From Candidatus Hydrogenedentota bacterium (GTDB taxonomy: Bacteria; Hydrogenedentota; Hydrogenedentia; Hydrogenedentales; JAEUWI01): a stretch of DNA of 64,000 nucleotides. The stretch is from the NCBI GenBank assembly GCA_034669905.1, contig JAXMOL010000046.1:1-64000 (forward strand), given 5' to 3'. A model generated the notes under the pieces. It saw nothing but the letters and a program-made list of their open reading frames with translations, was not told the DNA's origin and made no database searches. Of the stretch, positions 40,501-49,708 are shown piece after piece (the first letter of the stretch is position 1; every line of letters starts with the position of its first letter). The translations under genes were made by a program, and so were the position numbers.

Positions 40501-42818
40501 CATTCCCGGCCCCGTTGACGGGCATTCACCTGGATGCCCGTAGCAGGATCCATCAGGTTGTCCAGGTCGGTTACAACAGACAAGGAGGGAATGGCCGTCA
40601 TGGCCTCTTCCATCAGGTCGGCATAGCGCGGGTCGGAAGTAACCCGGGGGTCCATGCCATAATCGACAATCTGACCGTTCACTGGCGCGGCAGGCCATCC
40701 CGGTGGGGCCTGACCATCGGCGAACTGGGTGATGACATCTCCGAGGAAGAGATAGGTCGCGGTCGTTATGTTGGCGGGCACTACCCCCGGTGCAAAGGCT
40801 ACGGCCCGAAGGGTGGTCGTGCTGGAAAGGGATATGGGGGCGGTGTATAGCGTGCCTTCAGTAGTACTGGGGGGCGTACCGTCCAGGGTATATCGGATGC
40901 TTCCATTCGTGAGGGTTGTCGAAAGGGTCAATTCCAGGGGCGCGGTATAGAAACCGTGGGGATGACTCAAAGACACCTCTGCGGGTTCTCCAGCTTCGGC
41001 GACAATGAGATTTGTTTGGGTGATGCTCTCCGAGGTGATGCCGCGGGTGACGGTGAGGGAAACGGTGTAGGTGCCCGGGACGGTATAGGTGTGCTCCGGA
41101 TGCTGCGCGCTACTCTGCGTACCGTCGCCAAAGTCCCATTGCCACGTTTCGATGGCTTCGCTTCCAAGGCTGGAATGGTCTGAAAAGCGCACGACCAGGG
41201 GGACCGGGTCGGAACGGCGGGAAACCGTGAAGTTTGCAAGCATTGATGCGCCTTCGCCTTCTCCCTCACCTTCACCTTCACCCTCGCCTTCACCTTCACC
41301 TTCACCTTCACCTTCACCTTCACCTTCACCTTCACCTTCACCTTCACCTTCACCTTCACCTTCACCTTCACCTTCACCTTCACCTTCACCTTCGCCTTCG
41401 CCCTCGCCTTCGCCCTCGCCTTCGCCCTCGCCCTCGCCTTCGCCTTCGCCTTCGCCTTCGCCTTCGCCTTCGCCTTCGCCTTCGCCTTCACCAGCATCTA
41501 CATCAAAGAATTGAAACGTCGACAGGGCGCTCAGGTCGATAGCGTAGGTGCTGTCGTCGGATTTAATGGGCGTAACGTTTGCCGGGGTCCAGCCCCCGTC
41601 TTCCACCATGACGTAAATTCCATCGGTGGCGTCGCTTGCGATGAAGGTGGGATGTTCATAGAGTGCGGCGTCTGCAAGGGCGTCGACGCCCGCCCCATGG
41701 ATGGAAAGGGAAAGAGGTTCTGCAGCAAGTCGCTCATTGGCGATCTCATCGAAGCTGCTGCCGCCGTCACTGCTTAGCAGCATACTGATTTCGAAGGCGA
41801 AGCCTCCGGGGATGGTCAGGCCAGGGGCATTGCCCAGGGCGAGGGCCGCATCAGTCCCGAGAAGGGTGTCTTGATCGGGAGCGACGGCAACCAGAAGGAT
41901 CCCCGTTTCCCCCACGTTCAGTAGATCCCGCGGCACGGACAGGGTCAGCATGAAGCGCTCATCGGTACCCACGGGCAGGCTAAGTGCAAGGGTGTCTGAG
42001 GGTGAAGTCGCGCCACCGTCCCAACGCAGTACGCCGACCGTACGCCGTTGCAACGTGGCGCCTGCGCTCACCGATGCAATCCATCGATCGCCGTCTCGGG
42101 GAAGCACGATGAAGGGGTTGTTGGGGTATCCATTGGCCTGCGAATCATCGGCGGGCTGGGCGTTGGAGACCATAAAGGTGGCGCTGTCGGTAGCGGTGCT
42201 CGTGGGCGCAATTCGGCTCTGGGCGGTGGCCGTAACGGTGTGGCTGCCGGGCGTCAAGGCACTGTAGTCGCCTGCCATGGCGGTATAGGGTGCCACCTCA
42301 GAACTGCCCACCTCCACATCATCCAGGCGATAGCTCAGGCTCGCGGTGTCGAAACGGCAGTCAGTTTCCGCCGACAGGACCAGGGGGGCCGCGGTCATCT
42401 CACCAGACAACAGGATCTGAGAGTCGTGCATGGGTTCCAGTATCGTTGCCGTGCTGAGGGTGCAGGGCGCGGTAACCGTAATTAGATTGCTCTGGGTAAC
42501 CGCATCCTCCCCATCGGAAGACGCGACCTCGAGGCGTACGGTATAGGTCCCCGGCGTTTCGTAGGTATAACGTAGGGAGGAACTGGTACTGCTTCCGCCA
42601 TCGCCAAAGTCCCATTCCCAACGGGTGATTGCGGCGGACCCGACGGTAGAACGATCGTCGAAGGCTACGCTCAGCGGGGCTTCACCAGAGGTCGGTGAAG
42701 CCGAAAAGGAGGCGCTCGGTGGCGTCTTCGTGGGGGTTGTTGTGGTGGGGCATCCGGTGGTGAACAGGGCCAGGAAAAGGAGCAACGTGCAGCCCGCACT
42801 TCGAAAATTGACGTACAT
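37506..42818 (-). CDS. Large surface lipoprotein: PKD, Ig-like, (GE)40 linker, PKD, FN3-associated/CHB_HEX_C, CotH kinase-like domain, three lamin-tail (LTD) domains
   Basis: Lipobox FTTG|C; WDFGDG..Y..PGTYTV twice; IRYTLDGTPP; RGREWERP, YHLYLNGVYWGVY, IDYML, FLHD; ITEIMFHP, INEILAH, ITEIMYDP with DWIELYN/EFVELYN. Confidence 0.85.
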   Translation of the reverse strand: MYVNFRSAGCTLLLFLALFTTGCPTTTTPTKTPPSASFSASPTSGEAPLSVAFDDRSTVGSAAITRWEWDFGDGGSSTSSSLRYTYETPGTYTVRLEVASSDGEDAVTQSNLITVTAPCTLSTATILEPMHDSQILLSGEMTAAPLVLSAETDCRFDTASLSYRLDDVEVGSSEVAPYTAMAGDYSALTPGSHTVTATAQSRIAPTSTATDSATFMVSNAQPADDSQANGYPNNPFIVLPRDGDRWIASVSAGATLQRRTVGVLRWDGGATSPSDTLALSLPVGTDERFMLTLSVPRDLLNVGETGILLVAVAPDQDTLLGTDAALALGNAPGLTIPGGFAFEISMLLSSDGGSSFDEIANERLAAEPLSLSIHGAGVDALADAALYEHPTFIASDATDGIYVMVEDGGWTPANVTPIKSDDSTYAIDLSALSTFQFFDVDAGEGEGEGEGEGEGEGEGEGEGEGEGEGEGEGEGEGEGEGEGEGEGEGEGEGEGEGEGEGEGEGEGEGEGEGEGEGEGEGEGASMLANFTVSRRSDPVPLVVRFSDHSSLGSEAIETWQWDFGDGTQSSAQHPEHTYTVPGTYTVSLTVTRGITSESITQTNLIVAEAGEPAEVSLSHPHGFYTAPLELTLSTTLTNGSIRYTLDGTPPSTTEGTLYTAPISLSSTTTLRAVAFAPGVVPANITTATYLFLGDVITQFADGQAPPGWPAAPVNGQIVDYGMDPRVTSDPRYADLMEEAMTAIPSLSVVTDLDNLMDPATGIQVNARQRGREWERPISLELLDPAGEETFQIDAGIRIRGGWSRRGTNVKHAFRLFFRGEYGATKLRFPLFGDEGVDEFDKIDLRTSNDFSWHNSDRDDDALSELAADLFTYGRDVFSRDTQRDMGQPYTRSRFYHLYLNGVYWGVYQSQERSEKEYAETYFGGNADDYDVIKNGDDVIDGNTAAWQALWQAMLGEFNTDANYYGVQGLNPDGSPHATLPKLIDIDNLIDYMLVIYYTANFDAPVSWFYTDNEGTPNAGLNNIWAVYNRSNPDGFKFFLHDSGVSMVAHATELGEFLPDGDHSNPHQDRTGPYLHPNLLLFQNNNPQTIHQRLLAHPEYQMRFADRVQRHFFNDGALTPTATTERFLTRANQIDRAIIGESARFGDIVRGAENPPRTRDDDWLAAVDGVVDMLLPTRTAVVLEQLKGQGWFPDVRAPRFLVNGVRQHGGAFAANAALSLSNPNSGGTLYYTLDGSDPRLSAALDEGGMAAVNPSAQLYTDSLTLSQNTWVRARIQEDGIWSALSEAVFVPNDLANRIRITEIMFHPADAPVGHPDAEFIELKNIGTSPVNLYQLAFTDGIRFTFPDQTLQPGMSTVLVKDEAAFVSVYGAGVSIAGTYSGQLNNDGERIVLEDGAGNVLHDFRYGERWYDLADGGGYALQILEEDGDPLSDWNTSRNWRSSSRLGGSPGSDDEHLIPAPGSVVINEILAHSHDEAPDWIELYNTSEDAIDVSGWFLSDSANNLQKYELPAGSVINAGAYLVFYEDEHFNNGSAPGTLSPFALSENGETVYLSSASNGTLTGYRDREDFGASATGVSFGRYATNDDDINFPPLSATTPGSANATPALSPVVITEIMYDPGSNDRRQEFVELYNYTNTPIALYDEQGIPWRFTAGIDFSFPANTTIAPFSYIVVVKDLDAFESTYDVSNNATVLGPFGGQLSDGEALELSQPGDTDELGTQYFIRRDRVRYDSKDPWPPSADGEGDALHRVNRTAYGNDATNWEGAAPSPGE
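41250..41492 (-). repeat. In-frame hexanucleotide repeat encoding (Gly-Glu)40-Gly
   Basis: 243 nt of GGY-GAR units in homogeneous blocks: GGCGAA, mixed GGCGAG, then a long GGTGAA run. Confidence 0.97.
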
Positions 42819-43185
42819 ACTGGCAAATCCTTTGCAATAGACAGACATTCCGCACTTTTGCTCAGGTTCGCCTATAGCGCCCGCACACTACTCCCATAAT
42901 GTGTTGCCCAAGCCCGATAATGGTAATGGGTGCCACCACGGTATGCAAACTGGTACGTTGCGCTAAGAAATGGAACGGCTCCATTCCGCCGCATAGTTGG
43001 TCGATTTGATGCCGTTGTGATAAAATTACGGGCGTTGGGCATTCTGCCCTTCTCCCTGTTTCCCCCTGGATACGCGCTCCCACTCCAGGCGCGATGGATT
43101 CCGGGGAGACAGACCCTTGTGAGTCCGTGAATCGTCGGCGCCCTTTCCGGTGTCGGCATAATTTTTGCCCCAGGTAATAGTTTTC

Positions 43186-45057
43186 ATGCAACGCGATTAT
43201 GAAGTCATTGTCATTGGCGCCGGTCATGCCGGTATTGAGGCGGCCCTCGGCTGTGCCCGTTTGGGACACAACACCCTCCTCGCGACCATGAAACTCGACG
43301 ATATCGGGATGATGCCCTGCAATCCGGCGATTGGCGGCATTGCCAAGGGGCAGCTTGTCCGTGAAATTGACGCACTTGGCGGGGAAATGGGACGGTGCAT
43401 CGACCGGACGGGTATCCAGTTCAAGATGCTGAATCGCTCCAAGGGACCGGCGGTCCACTCCCCCCGCGCCCAGGCGGACCGGCACCAGTACCAGACCGAT
43501 ATGAAGTTTGTGTGCGAGAGCCAGGACAACCTCAGTCTGAAACAGGTGGAGGTGGACGACATTCTGGTTCATGACGGGGTGGCGTGTGGCATTCGGACGG
43601 GCGTGGGCGAAGAAATTACGGCGAAGGCGGTCATTGTCTGTACCGGGACCTTCCTTGGCGGACGCCTCCATTTTGGTATGACCACCATCGAGGGCGGTCG
43701 CGGCGGCGACAAACCGGCAAACAACCTGAGCCTCACCTATGCCAAGATGGGTATCGAGACCGGTCGCATGAAAACCGGCACCGTACCCCGTATCCACAAG
43801 CGCAGTATGGACACGAGCCGTATGGAGGAGCAGACGGGCGACGATGCACCCCGCCCTTTCTCCTATTCCACGCCCATCGAAGGCTTTAATCCGAACAAGA
43901 TATCTTGCTGGTTGTGTTACACCGGCGCGGCGACCCACGACGTCATTCGGGCCAATCTGGACAAGTCCCCGCTCTACTCGGGAAAAATTGAAGGCATCGG
44001 ACCCCGCTATTGCCCGAGTATCGAAGACAAGGTGATGCGTTTCCCGGAAAAGAACGAACACCGCATCTTCCTGGAACCCGAAGGCCTCATGACCAACGAG
44101 GTCTATGTAAATGGCTTGAGCACGAGCCTGCCCGAAGAGGTCCAGTTGGAGTTCCTTCGCAAGGTCCCGGGGCTGGAGGAGGCTGAAATCATTCGCCCCG
44201 GCTACGCCGTGGAATACGACTTCGTGCCGCCCACCCAGCTCAAGCCGACCCTGGAAACGAAGAAAATAAAGGGGCTTTACCACGCGGGACAGATCAATGG
44301 CACGTCGGGCTATGAAGAGGCCGCGGCCCAGGGGCTCTATGCCGCCATGAATGTGTCCCGCTCCCTGCGTGGCGAAGAAGCGTTGTTCATAGGGCGGGAT
44401 GAAGGGTATATCGGCGTCCTGATTGACGACATTGTCACCCGGGGGCTCATTGAACCCTACCGACTCTTCACGTCGCGCGCAGAATATCGCCTGCACCTGC
44501 GGCAGGACAATGCGGACCAGCGGCTCGCCCATTATGGCTTTGGCAATGACGAAGTACTGAACCGAATGCGGGCCCGTGAAGTGGCCATCGCCGCCGAGCT
44601 GAAGCGCCTTGAAAAAGCCCAGGTGGACCCATCTCCGGAGACCAACGCGATCTTGGAATCCCACGGTGGTGCGCCCATCGAACGCCCTACGCCCGCCGGT
44701 CAGATACTGCGCCGGCCGGGCATGCCGCTGGAAGCCCTCTATACCTTATGTCCCCCAGCCACTCCACTGGATTTCGAGGCCCGCGAGCAGGTGGAAATAC
44801 GCACCAAGTACCAGGGCTACATTGACCGCTCCCTGCGGGATATCGAACGCTTCAAGAAGGCCGAGCACTGTCGAATTCCGGAATCCCTTGATTACGAGGC
44901 AATCCCCGGAATCCCCCGGGAGTGTAAAGACCGGCTGCAGGAAATCCGCCCGGTCAATTTTGGCCAGGCTGCCCGTATCTCGGGTGTCCGGGCCGCCGAC
45001 ATTGCGGTGCTCCACATCTACGTGGAAAAACATCGTCGAAGCGTTGCCAACGATTAG
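43186..45057 (+). CDS. mnmG: tRNA uridine-5-carboxymethylaminomethyl(34) synthesis enzyme MnmG (GidA)
   Basis: [69 protein letters not shown]. Confidence 0.97.
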   Translation: MQRDYEVIVIGAGHAGIEAALGCARLGHNTLLATMKLDDIGMMPCNPAIGGIAKGQLVREIDALGGEMGRCIDRTGIQFKMLNRSKGPAVHSPRAQADRHQYQTDMKFVCESQDNLSLKQVEVDDILVHDGVACGIRTGVGEEITAKAVIVCTGTFLGGRLHFGMTTIEGGRGGDKPANNLSLTYAKMGIETGRMKTGTVPRIHKRSMDTSRMEEQTGDDAPRPFSYSTPIEGFNPNKISCWLCYTGAATHDVIRANLDKSPLYSGKIEGIGPRYCPSIEDKVMRFPEKNEHRIFLEPEGLMTNEVYVNGLSTSLPEEVQLEFLRKVPGLEEAEIIRPGYAVEYDFVPPTQLKPTLETKKIKGLYHAGQINGTSGYEEAAAQGLYAAMNVSRSLRGEEALFIGRDEGYIGVLIDDIVTRGLIEPYRLFTSRAEYRLHLRQDNADQRLAHYGFGNDEVLNRMRAREVAIAAELKRLEKAQVDPSPETNAILESHGGAPIERPTPAGQILRRPGMPLEALYTLCPPATPLDFEAREQVEIRTKYQGYIDRSLRDIERFKKAEHCRIPESLDYEAIPGIPRECKDRLQEIRPVNFGQAARISGVRAADIAVLHIYVEKHRRSVAND

Positions 45058-45230
45058 GAACTAGTCTTTGCGCTGGCACGGGTTGCCTTGCGGGGATTGT
45101 CGAGTAATTACTGCACAAATGTTCTTGATACTGATATTAGTGCTATGAGCCAATAAACTGTGTATTTTACAGATGGGGAATTATCAGGTACACTCCCGCT
45201 ATATATTTATCCGCGACGGAGGTTACCGCA

Positions 45231-45425
45231 ATGAAACTCTTAGATACCGCACAGATTGTACGCGAAGGGCAGTTCAAGTCCTCGTCCGCTTTTCAGGTTT
45301 TCTGGTTGACCCGGTTTAAGGGCTGCAAGGTGGAGAACACCCTGCAAACCCCGACCCGAAATCTGATGGGGAATATCACCACCAAGAAAATCTGGATCAT
45401 GTCCCGACCGAAGACCGACGCGTAG
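45231..45425 (+). CDS. Small basic hypothetical protein (64 aa)
   Basis: Strong GGAGG RBS 8 nt upstream; fills the intergenic gap; AT-rich upstream region. Confidence 0.6.
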   Translation: MKLLDTAQIVREGQFKSSSAFQVFWLTRFKGCKVENTLQTPTRNLMGNITTKKIWIMSRPKTDA

Positions 45426-45445
45426 CGACGATTCATGTCATATGC

Positions 45446-48400
45446 TCACGGCAGCATTTCCATCGCGTCCGCAATAGCGCGGCGCGTTTTCTGAATCATT
45501 TCGAAGCGTTGGTCCGCCAGACGGCGCACGGCAGGCAGGCCACCCTTCCCCGGTACGGTGCCCCCTTCATCCACACCGCAAAACGCGCCAATCGTTGATG
45601 CATACTCCCCGAGTATTTTCTCCGCCTCTGCCACGGCGTCCGGGCTATTCCCCGCTGCTTTGGCGGCCTGGACCCGTTCGCGGAGGGCATGCAACATGGC
45701 GTAGTCCTCGACACCGTCCCGCACCGATTCCCAGCGCTTGCTGACCACCACCCCATCGCCCTGGTAGGTCATCAGGTAATCGAGGGTGTCCTGGGGGCGA
45801 TACCACGGGTCAGCACTCGAAGTGCAATAGGACCAGAAGCCAATACCGGTGAGCCCATGGTGCCAGGCCAGCCAGGCCTGTCCCCGGTAGTAGCCCAGGG
45901 GAGACTGGTGTTTCGCGTTGCCGAGACACTCATAATTCCACATCGTGGCCCCGGTGGCCTTCATGATGTCCATCTTTTCCTTGCCCACATCCAGCATGAA
46001 TCCCACCCGATTGGGGCACCAGATATCCACGTAGGGCGTCATTTCATGGAGTTCTTCTTCCGTAATTCGGGCGACAGGATCGGTGTACATGAGCACCTTC
46101 GGGTCCGCGGCCCGGGTCAGCCTGGCGTTGTGCAGATAGGCCTCGACAAGTCCGTCATTCAGGCCCGGTTCATCGATGGGATACATGGCGAAGTCTTCAT
46201 ACCCGACGCCCTTATTGGCCAGGTGCTTGACCCACGTGCGCACGTAGTGGATATAGGCCTTCTTGTAGGCCTCGCTGTCGCGGGGGGCTTCTGTCGTGAT
46301 GGGATGATTGTTGTGGAAGAGAATCATCCCATTCGACGCGTATTTATGTAAGAAGACATCGTGGTCCGTAAAGTCGATTTCCCCCACCAGCACCCCATTT
46401 TCATCATAGGTTGCCTTCGGCAGGAAGGTGCTGACAAAGACATTGTTCCCGTGGGCCACCCGATCGGCGATGGTTTCGGGTTCATGGTGTTTGAGCCGAG
46501 ATCCATGGACATAGCCCCAGTTGCAGTGCCGGAGCACATCGGTGTTGGCCTGGGCGGTTTCGAAGACCTCGATGCGAATGGGAATGTCATAGGCGACCGA
46601 TGCAACATCCAGGCTGTTGAAATGAACGGTTGATTTCCACAAGCCTGGACTCAGCGTCGACGTGTCGATGGTGAGCCAGAGTTGCCGGGCTTCCCAGCCG
46701 GGTAACGTTAGCACCCGCCCCTGGTTCATGACGGGCAGGGCATCGGCCGAGGTATCCAGGGTCTGGGTGGGGACGTCAATGACTTCATGGAGGGTAATGA
46801 AGGTCTCGGCGCGTCGGGCCATCTTTTCCTCTTCCCCGGAGAGTTTGAAGTCATCGATTTCGATGCGGGTGCTGCGGCTTTTCTGATCCCAGTTTACGAT
46901 GCTGACCGCTGCAGACTCCGTCTCTCCCTGAAAGGCCTCTACTTCGATCCGCCGTTGGTCCATGCGGCCTTCCACGACTTCCTCCAGGCCGCCAAAGGGA
47001 GCCCAGGGATTGGCCGCCGCCAACTGGAGGGGCCAATCGCCCTTATCAAGATGGGCCACGGCCCCCTCGGTGAGCACCTGCAGGCGGGTAAATTTCGCGA
47101 GCTCATCGCGCAATGCGTCGCGTAACTCCCGTCGTCCCACCTCGCCCAAGGTGCCCGCGACTTCTGCCCGCGTTCTGTAGTCGGGGAGCCGGGACTCGGT
47201 GGCTGCGGCTTTGCCGAGCAGGGCATAGGCCTCCGGCAGGGCCAAGGCATTCTGCTTCACGTTTGCGAGGAGCGTTTCAAGGTCACGAAGCTCTTTGCGA
47301 AATGGCACGACATAGGCCTCGCTCACCCGTTGGGCCACCAGGGATTCCCCGGAATAGACGCGGCATTGGAGGGAGGCATTCGAAGGGCTGTCCATACCAA
47401 TGCTGTAGTCGACACTCATGGTTATTTCCGGGCTTTCGTAGTGCTCCGTGACCAGCACCGGTTTCTTGTCACTTCGTTCGATGGTAAATTCTACCCGGAT
47501 CTTCTCCGCATCGGGATTCGCTATGGACACGGTAGCCGTGTTACGGCCGGCATAAAAATTTCCGAAATCGATGGACGCAATCGCCACCGGGGATTGGGCC
47601 GTCGCGGGGATAAACGTGCCTCCGCGCGCGCTGTTGAAACGGTATTCCGCCCATTGAACCTTTGCATCGGGCCGGGCTTCGGGCCACCCATAGGCGGTGA
47701 TGGCACCCGTGCCGGTGACATAGAGGACCGAAGGGGTGCCGTCGCCTTTCAGATCGACCACCGTGGGCGATGCATTGGTCGTGTTGGGCATGGCGATGCT
47801 CTCTTCCAGTTCGCCGTCCCCGCTGAAGACGTACATTTCGCCACTGTACCCGGCCACGATGATTTCCAACCCGTCATCGCCATCGATATCCGCGACGGCC
47901 GGAGAGCGCCGCACCCGTTCGCGGACGTTGGCCCCCCACTGCTTCTTGCCCTGGGGATCGAGCACGACGAAGGTGCCAGACAGATCAATCGCATAAATAT
48001 CCACGATCCCGTTTTCGTCCCCATCCGCCACCGCGATGCTGCTGTCGATGTCTTTAGGCATCTCGTGCTTCCAAAGAAGCTTTCCATCGGCCTGAACTCC
48101 GATGACGGCGTTATTCAATCCCCCTACAATTTCATTCTTCCCGTCGCCGTCCAGGTCTGCGATGACCGGACTCGCTCCAGAGCCACTCTGGGGAAGGCGC
48201 CACCGTTCTTTGCCATCCGCACTGAGACAAAGCAAGGGCACCTTGGCCCCGGCGATAAAAATGACGGGTTTGGTGGAATTGCCTGCCAGGCCCACGGCCG
48301 GGCAGCGCGCATAGCCGTGGTCCCCCGTATACTGCCAAACCTTTTCCCCTTCATGGGATATACAGACGACGTTGCCCTGGTCGTCGGTGGCGATGATTTC

Positions 48401-48835
48401 AAGGTCACCGTCGCCATCCAGGTCGTAGGTGACGAGTGCGGTCATTCCCCACTCGATTTTCCCCGGAAGATTGTACTTCCAGATAGGGTCGCCGGTCTTT
48501 CCGGCCAGACAGAAAATGGTACCTGTCTGATTCACCACCAGGACTTCCGGGGTCTCATCTTCCAGGAGATTTACGACGGTGGGCGAGGTACTGATGGGGA
48601 TCTGTACGCCCTGCATCCAGATTTGTCGTCCCTGCTGGTCGACAGCGAGGGTACTGCCTGCGGTCGTCGTCATAATGAGTTCGTCCACACCGTCACCATC
48701 GAGGTCGGCCACCGCCGGGGAGGAATCGACCAGGCCCAAGGGGGGCTTAAAGGTCCATTGCACATCGCGGGCCTCTGTGCTGGAAGCAACCCCGATGAGG
48801 GCGGCGATGAGGAGTAGGAGACGGTAGTTGCGCAT
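45446..48835 (-). CDS. Secreted FG-GAP/PQQ-like beta-propeller fused to a GH123-like / DUF4091 glycoside hydrolase domain
   Basis: Repeated SPAVADLDGDG units; C-terminal YPIDEP, DIWCPN, WNYEC, GIGFWSY, RWESVRDGVEDY. Confidence 0.7.
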   Translation of the reverse strand: MRNYRLLLLIAALIGVASSTEARDVQWTFKPPLGLVDSSPAVADLDGDGVDELIMTTTAGSTLAVDQQGRQIWMQGVQIPISTSPTVVNLLEDETPEVLVVNQTGTIFCLAGKTGDPIWKYNLPGKIEWGMTALVTYDLDGDGDLEIIATDDQGNVVCISHEGEKVWQYTGDHGYARCPAVGLAGNSTKPVIFIAGAKVPLLCLSADGKERWRLPQSGSGASPVIADLDGDGKNEIVGGLNNAVIGVQADGKLLWKHEMPKDIDSSIAVADGDENGIVDIYAIDLSGTFVVLDPQGKKQWGANVRERVRRSPAVADIDGDDGLEIIVAGYSGEMYVFSGDGELEESIAMPNTTNASPTVVDLKGDGTPSVLYVTGTGAITAYGWPEARPDAKVQWAEYRFNSARGGTFIPATAQSPVAIASIDFGNFYAGRNTATVSIANPDAEKIRVEFTIERSDKKPVLVTEHYESPEITMSVDYSIGMDSPSNASLQCRVYSGESLVAQRVSEAYVVPFRKELRDLETLLANVKQNALALPEAYALLGKAAATESRLPDYRTRAEVAGTLGEVGRRELRDALRDELAKFTRLQVLTEGAVAHLDKGDWPLQLAAANPWAPFGGLEEVVEGRMDQRRIEVEAFQGETESAAVSIVNWDQKSRSTRIEIDDFKLSGEEEKMARRAETFITLHEVIDVPTQTLDTSADALPVMNQGRVLTLPGWEARQLWLTIDTSTLSPGLWKSTVHFNSLDVASVAYDIPIRIEVFETAQANTDVLRHCNWGYVHGSRLKHHEPETIADRVAHGNNVFVSTFLPKATYDENGVLVGEIDFTDHDVFLHKYASNGMILFHNNHPITTEAPRDSEAYKKAYIHYVRTWVKHLANKGVGYEDFAMYPIDEPGLNDGLVEAYLHNARLTRAADPKVLMYTDPVARITEEELHEMTPYVDIWCPNRVGFMLDVGKEKMDIMKATGATMWNYECLGNAKHQSPLGYYRGQAWLAWHHGLTGIGFWSYCTSSADPWYRPQDTLDYLMTYQGDGVVVSKRWESVRDGVEDYAMLHALRERVQAAKAAGNSPDAVAEAEKILGEYASTIGAFCGVDEGGTVPGKGGLPAVRRLADQRFEMIQKTRRAIADAMEMLP

Positions 48836-49026
48836 GATGTGATTCCCCAGACGGTATACGTTCGACGGTGTAGACCCAAGGCCGGATCAGGCCGGAATTG
48901 GAAGAACTCCCAGCATAGAAAGCGGGGGTGGGGCTTGTCAATGATGGCCGTGTCACAGGGGCAATATCGGGTCTAAGACGGGTCGGACTCGAAACGTCAC
49001 GGTGCCATAGGCTACAGTATGCCCCT

Positions 49027-49512
49027 ATGATACTTCGTCTATCCGATACGCTGGCCCGAAAGTTGCGGGTCCGTCCTGATACGCTTCACCCGCTGAATGC
49101 CAATGCCTACGCGGACTGGTCCCTGCACCTGGTCCGGGCCAACCGGCAACAGTTTGTGTTGGCGGCCAACACACGCTCGCTCTACGCCGCCATCGCGCCC
49201 ATGGACGGGGTGGTTGCGCCAAACGTGCTGGAAGCCCGGGTCTTTGCCCACGTGCGCAGCTATATGGAGTCCGACGGTCTGGTCTTTTTCTATCGGAGGC
49301 TTGTGGATAATGAGCAGGAGGAGACCATCTACTCCCGCCCCCTCAACCCCCAGTCCACGGCGGCATTGCGCGATATGGGTGAAATGGTCGAATACTATCT
49401 CGCGGAAGAAGAAATGGAACCCGACGAGGCGGCCCGCAAGATCAACGAGACCCCGCTGTCGGTACTGCGTCACAAGTCACCCCGGGACACGTTCCAGACG
49501 ATGGGATTTTAA
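49027..49512 (+). CDS. DUF6933-like hypothetical protein
   Basis: MILRLSDTLARKL...DWSLHLV...VLAANTRSLY...INETP resembles DUF6933 (from memory). Confidence 0.55.
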   Translation: MILRLSDTLARKLRVRPDTLHPLNANAYADWSLHLVRANRQQFVLAANTRSLYAAIAPMDGVVAPNVLEARVFAHVRSYMESDGLVFFYRRLVDNEQEETIYSRPLNPQSTAALRDMGEMVEYYLAEEEMEPDEAARKINETPLSVLRHKSPRDTFQTMGF

Positions 49513-49708
49513 ATAGGCGAAGATTCATCTCGGACATTTTCCAAGTCATTCGGTTACCATCTTAGAGATTTGCCGCCTGCGCTCCCAAATGTCAAAGACT
49601 TCTTTCATCAATAGTGGCCAAGCCGAACATCCGTTGGCCTATTGCAGGTGCTTGCGTACGCTGTCGTAACGAACGAGTTGGATTTGATCGAGGTCTACCT
49701 TCGCTTAT

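Noticed and set aside
41250..41492. CRISPR array
   Set aside because: Contiguous 6-nt units without spacers; no cas genes; no repeat-spacer structure seen elsewhere in the window.
40967..41542. Alternative-frame repeat peptides (KA/KV, SP, LH/LR)
   Set aside because: Other reading frames of the GE hexamer repeat inside the CotH gene.
45075..45095. Sigma54 promoter (CTGGCACGGGTTGC) before the 64-aa ORF
   Set aside because: GG-GC spacing is not the required 10 nt.
42819..45230. Replication origin near mnmG (gidA)
   Set aside because: No intergenic TTATCCACA cluster and no rsmG, mnmE, dnaA or parAB neighbours; the exact DnaA-box match I noticed (about 23072) is inside a CDS.
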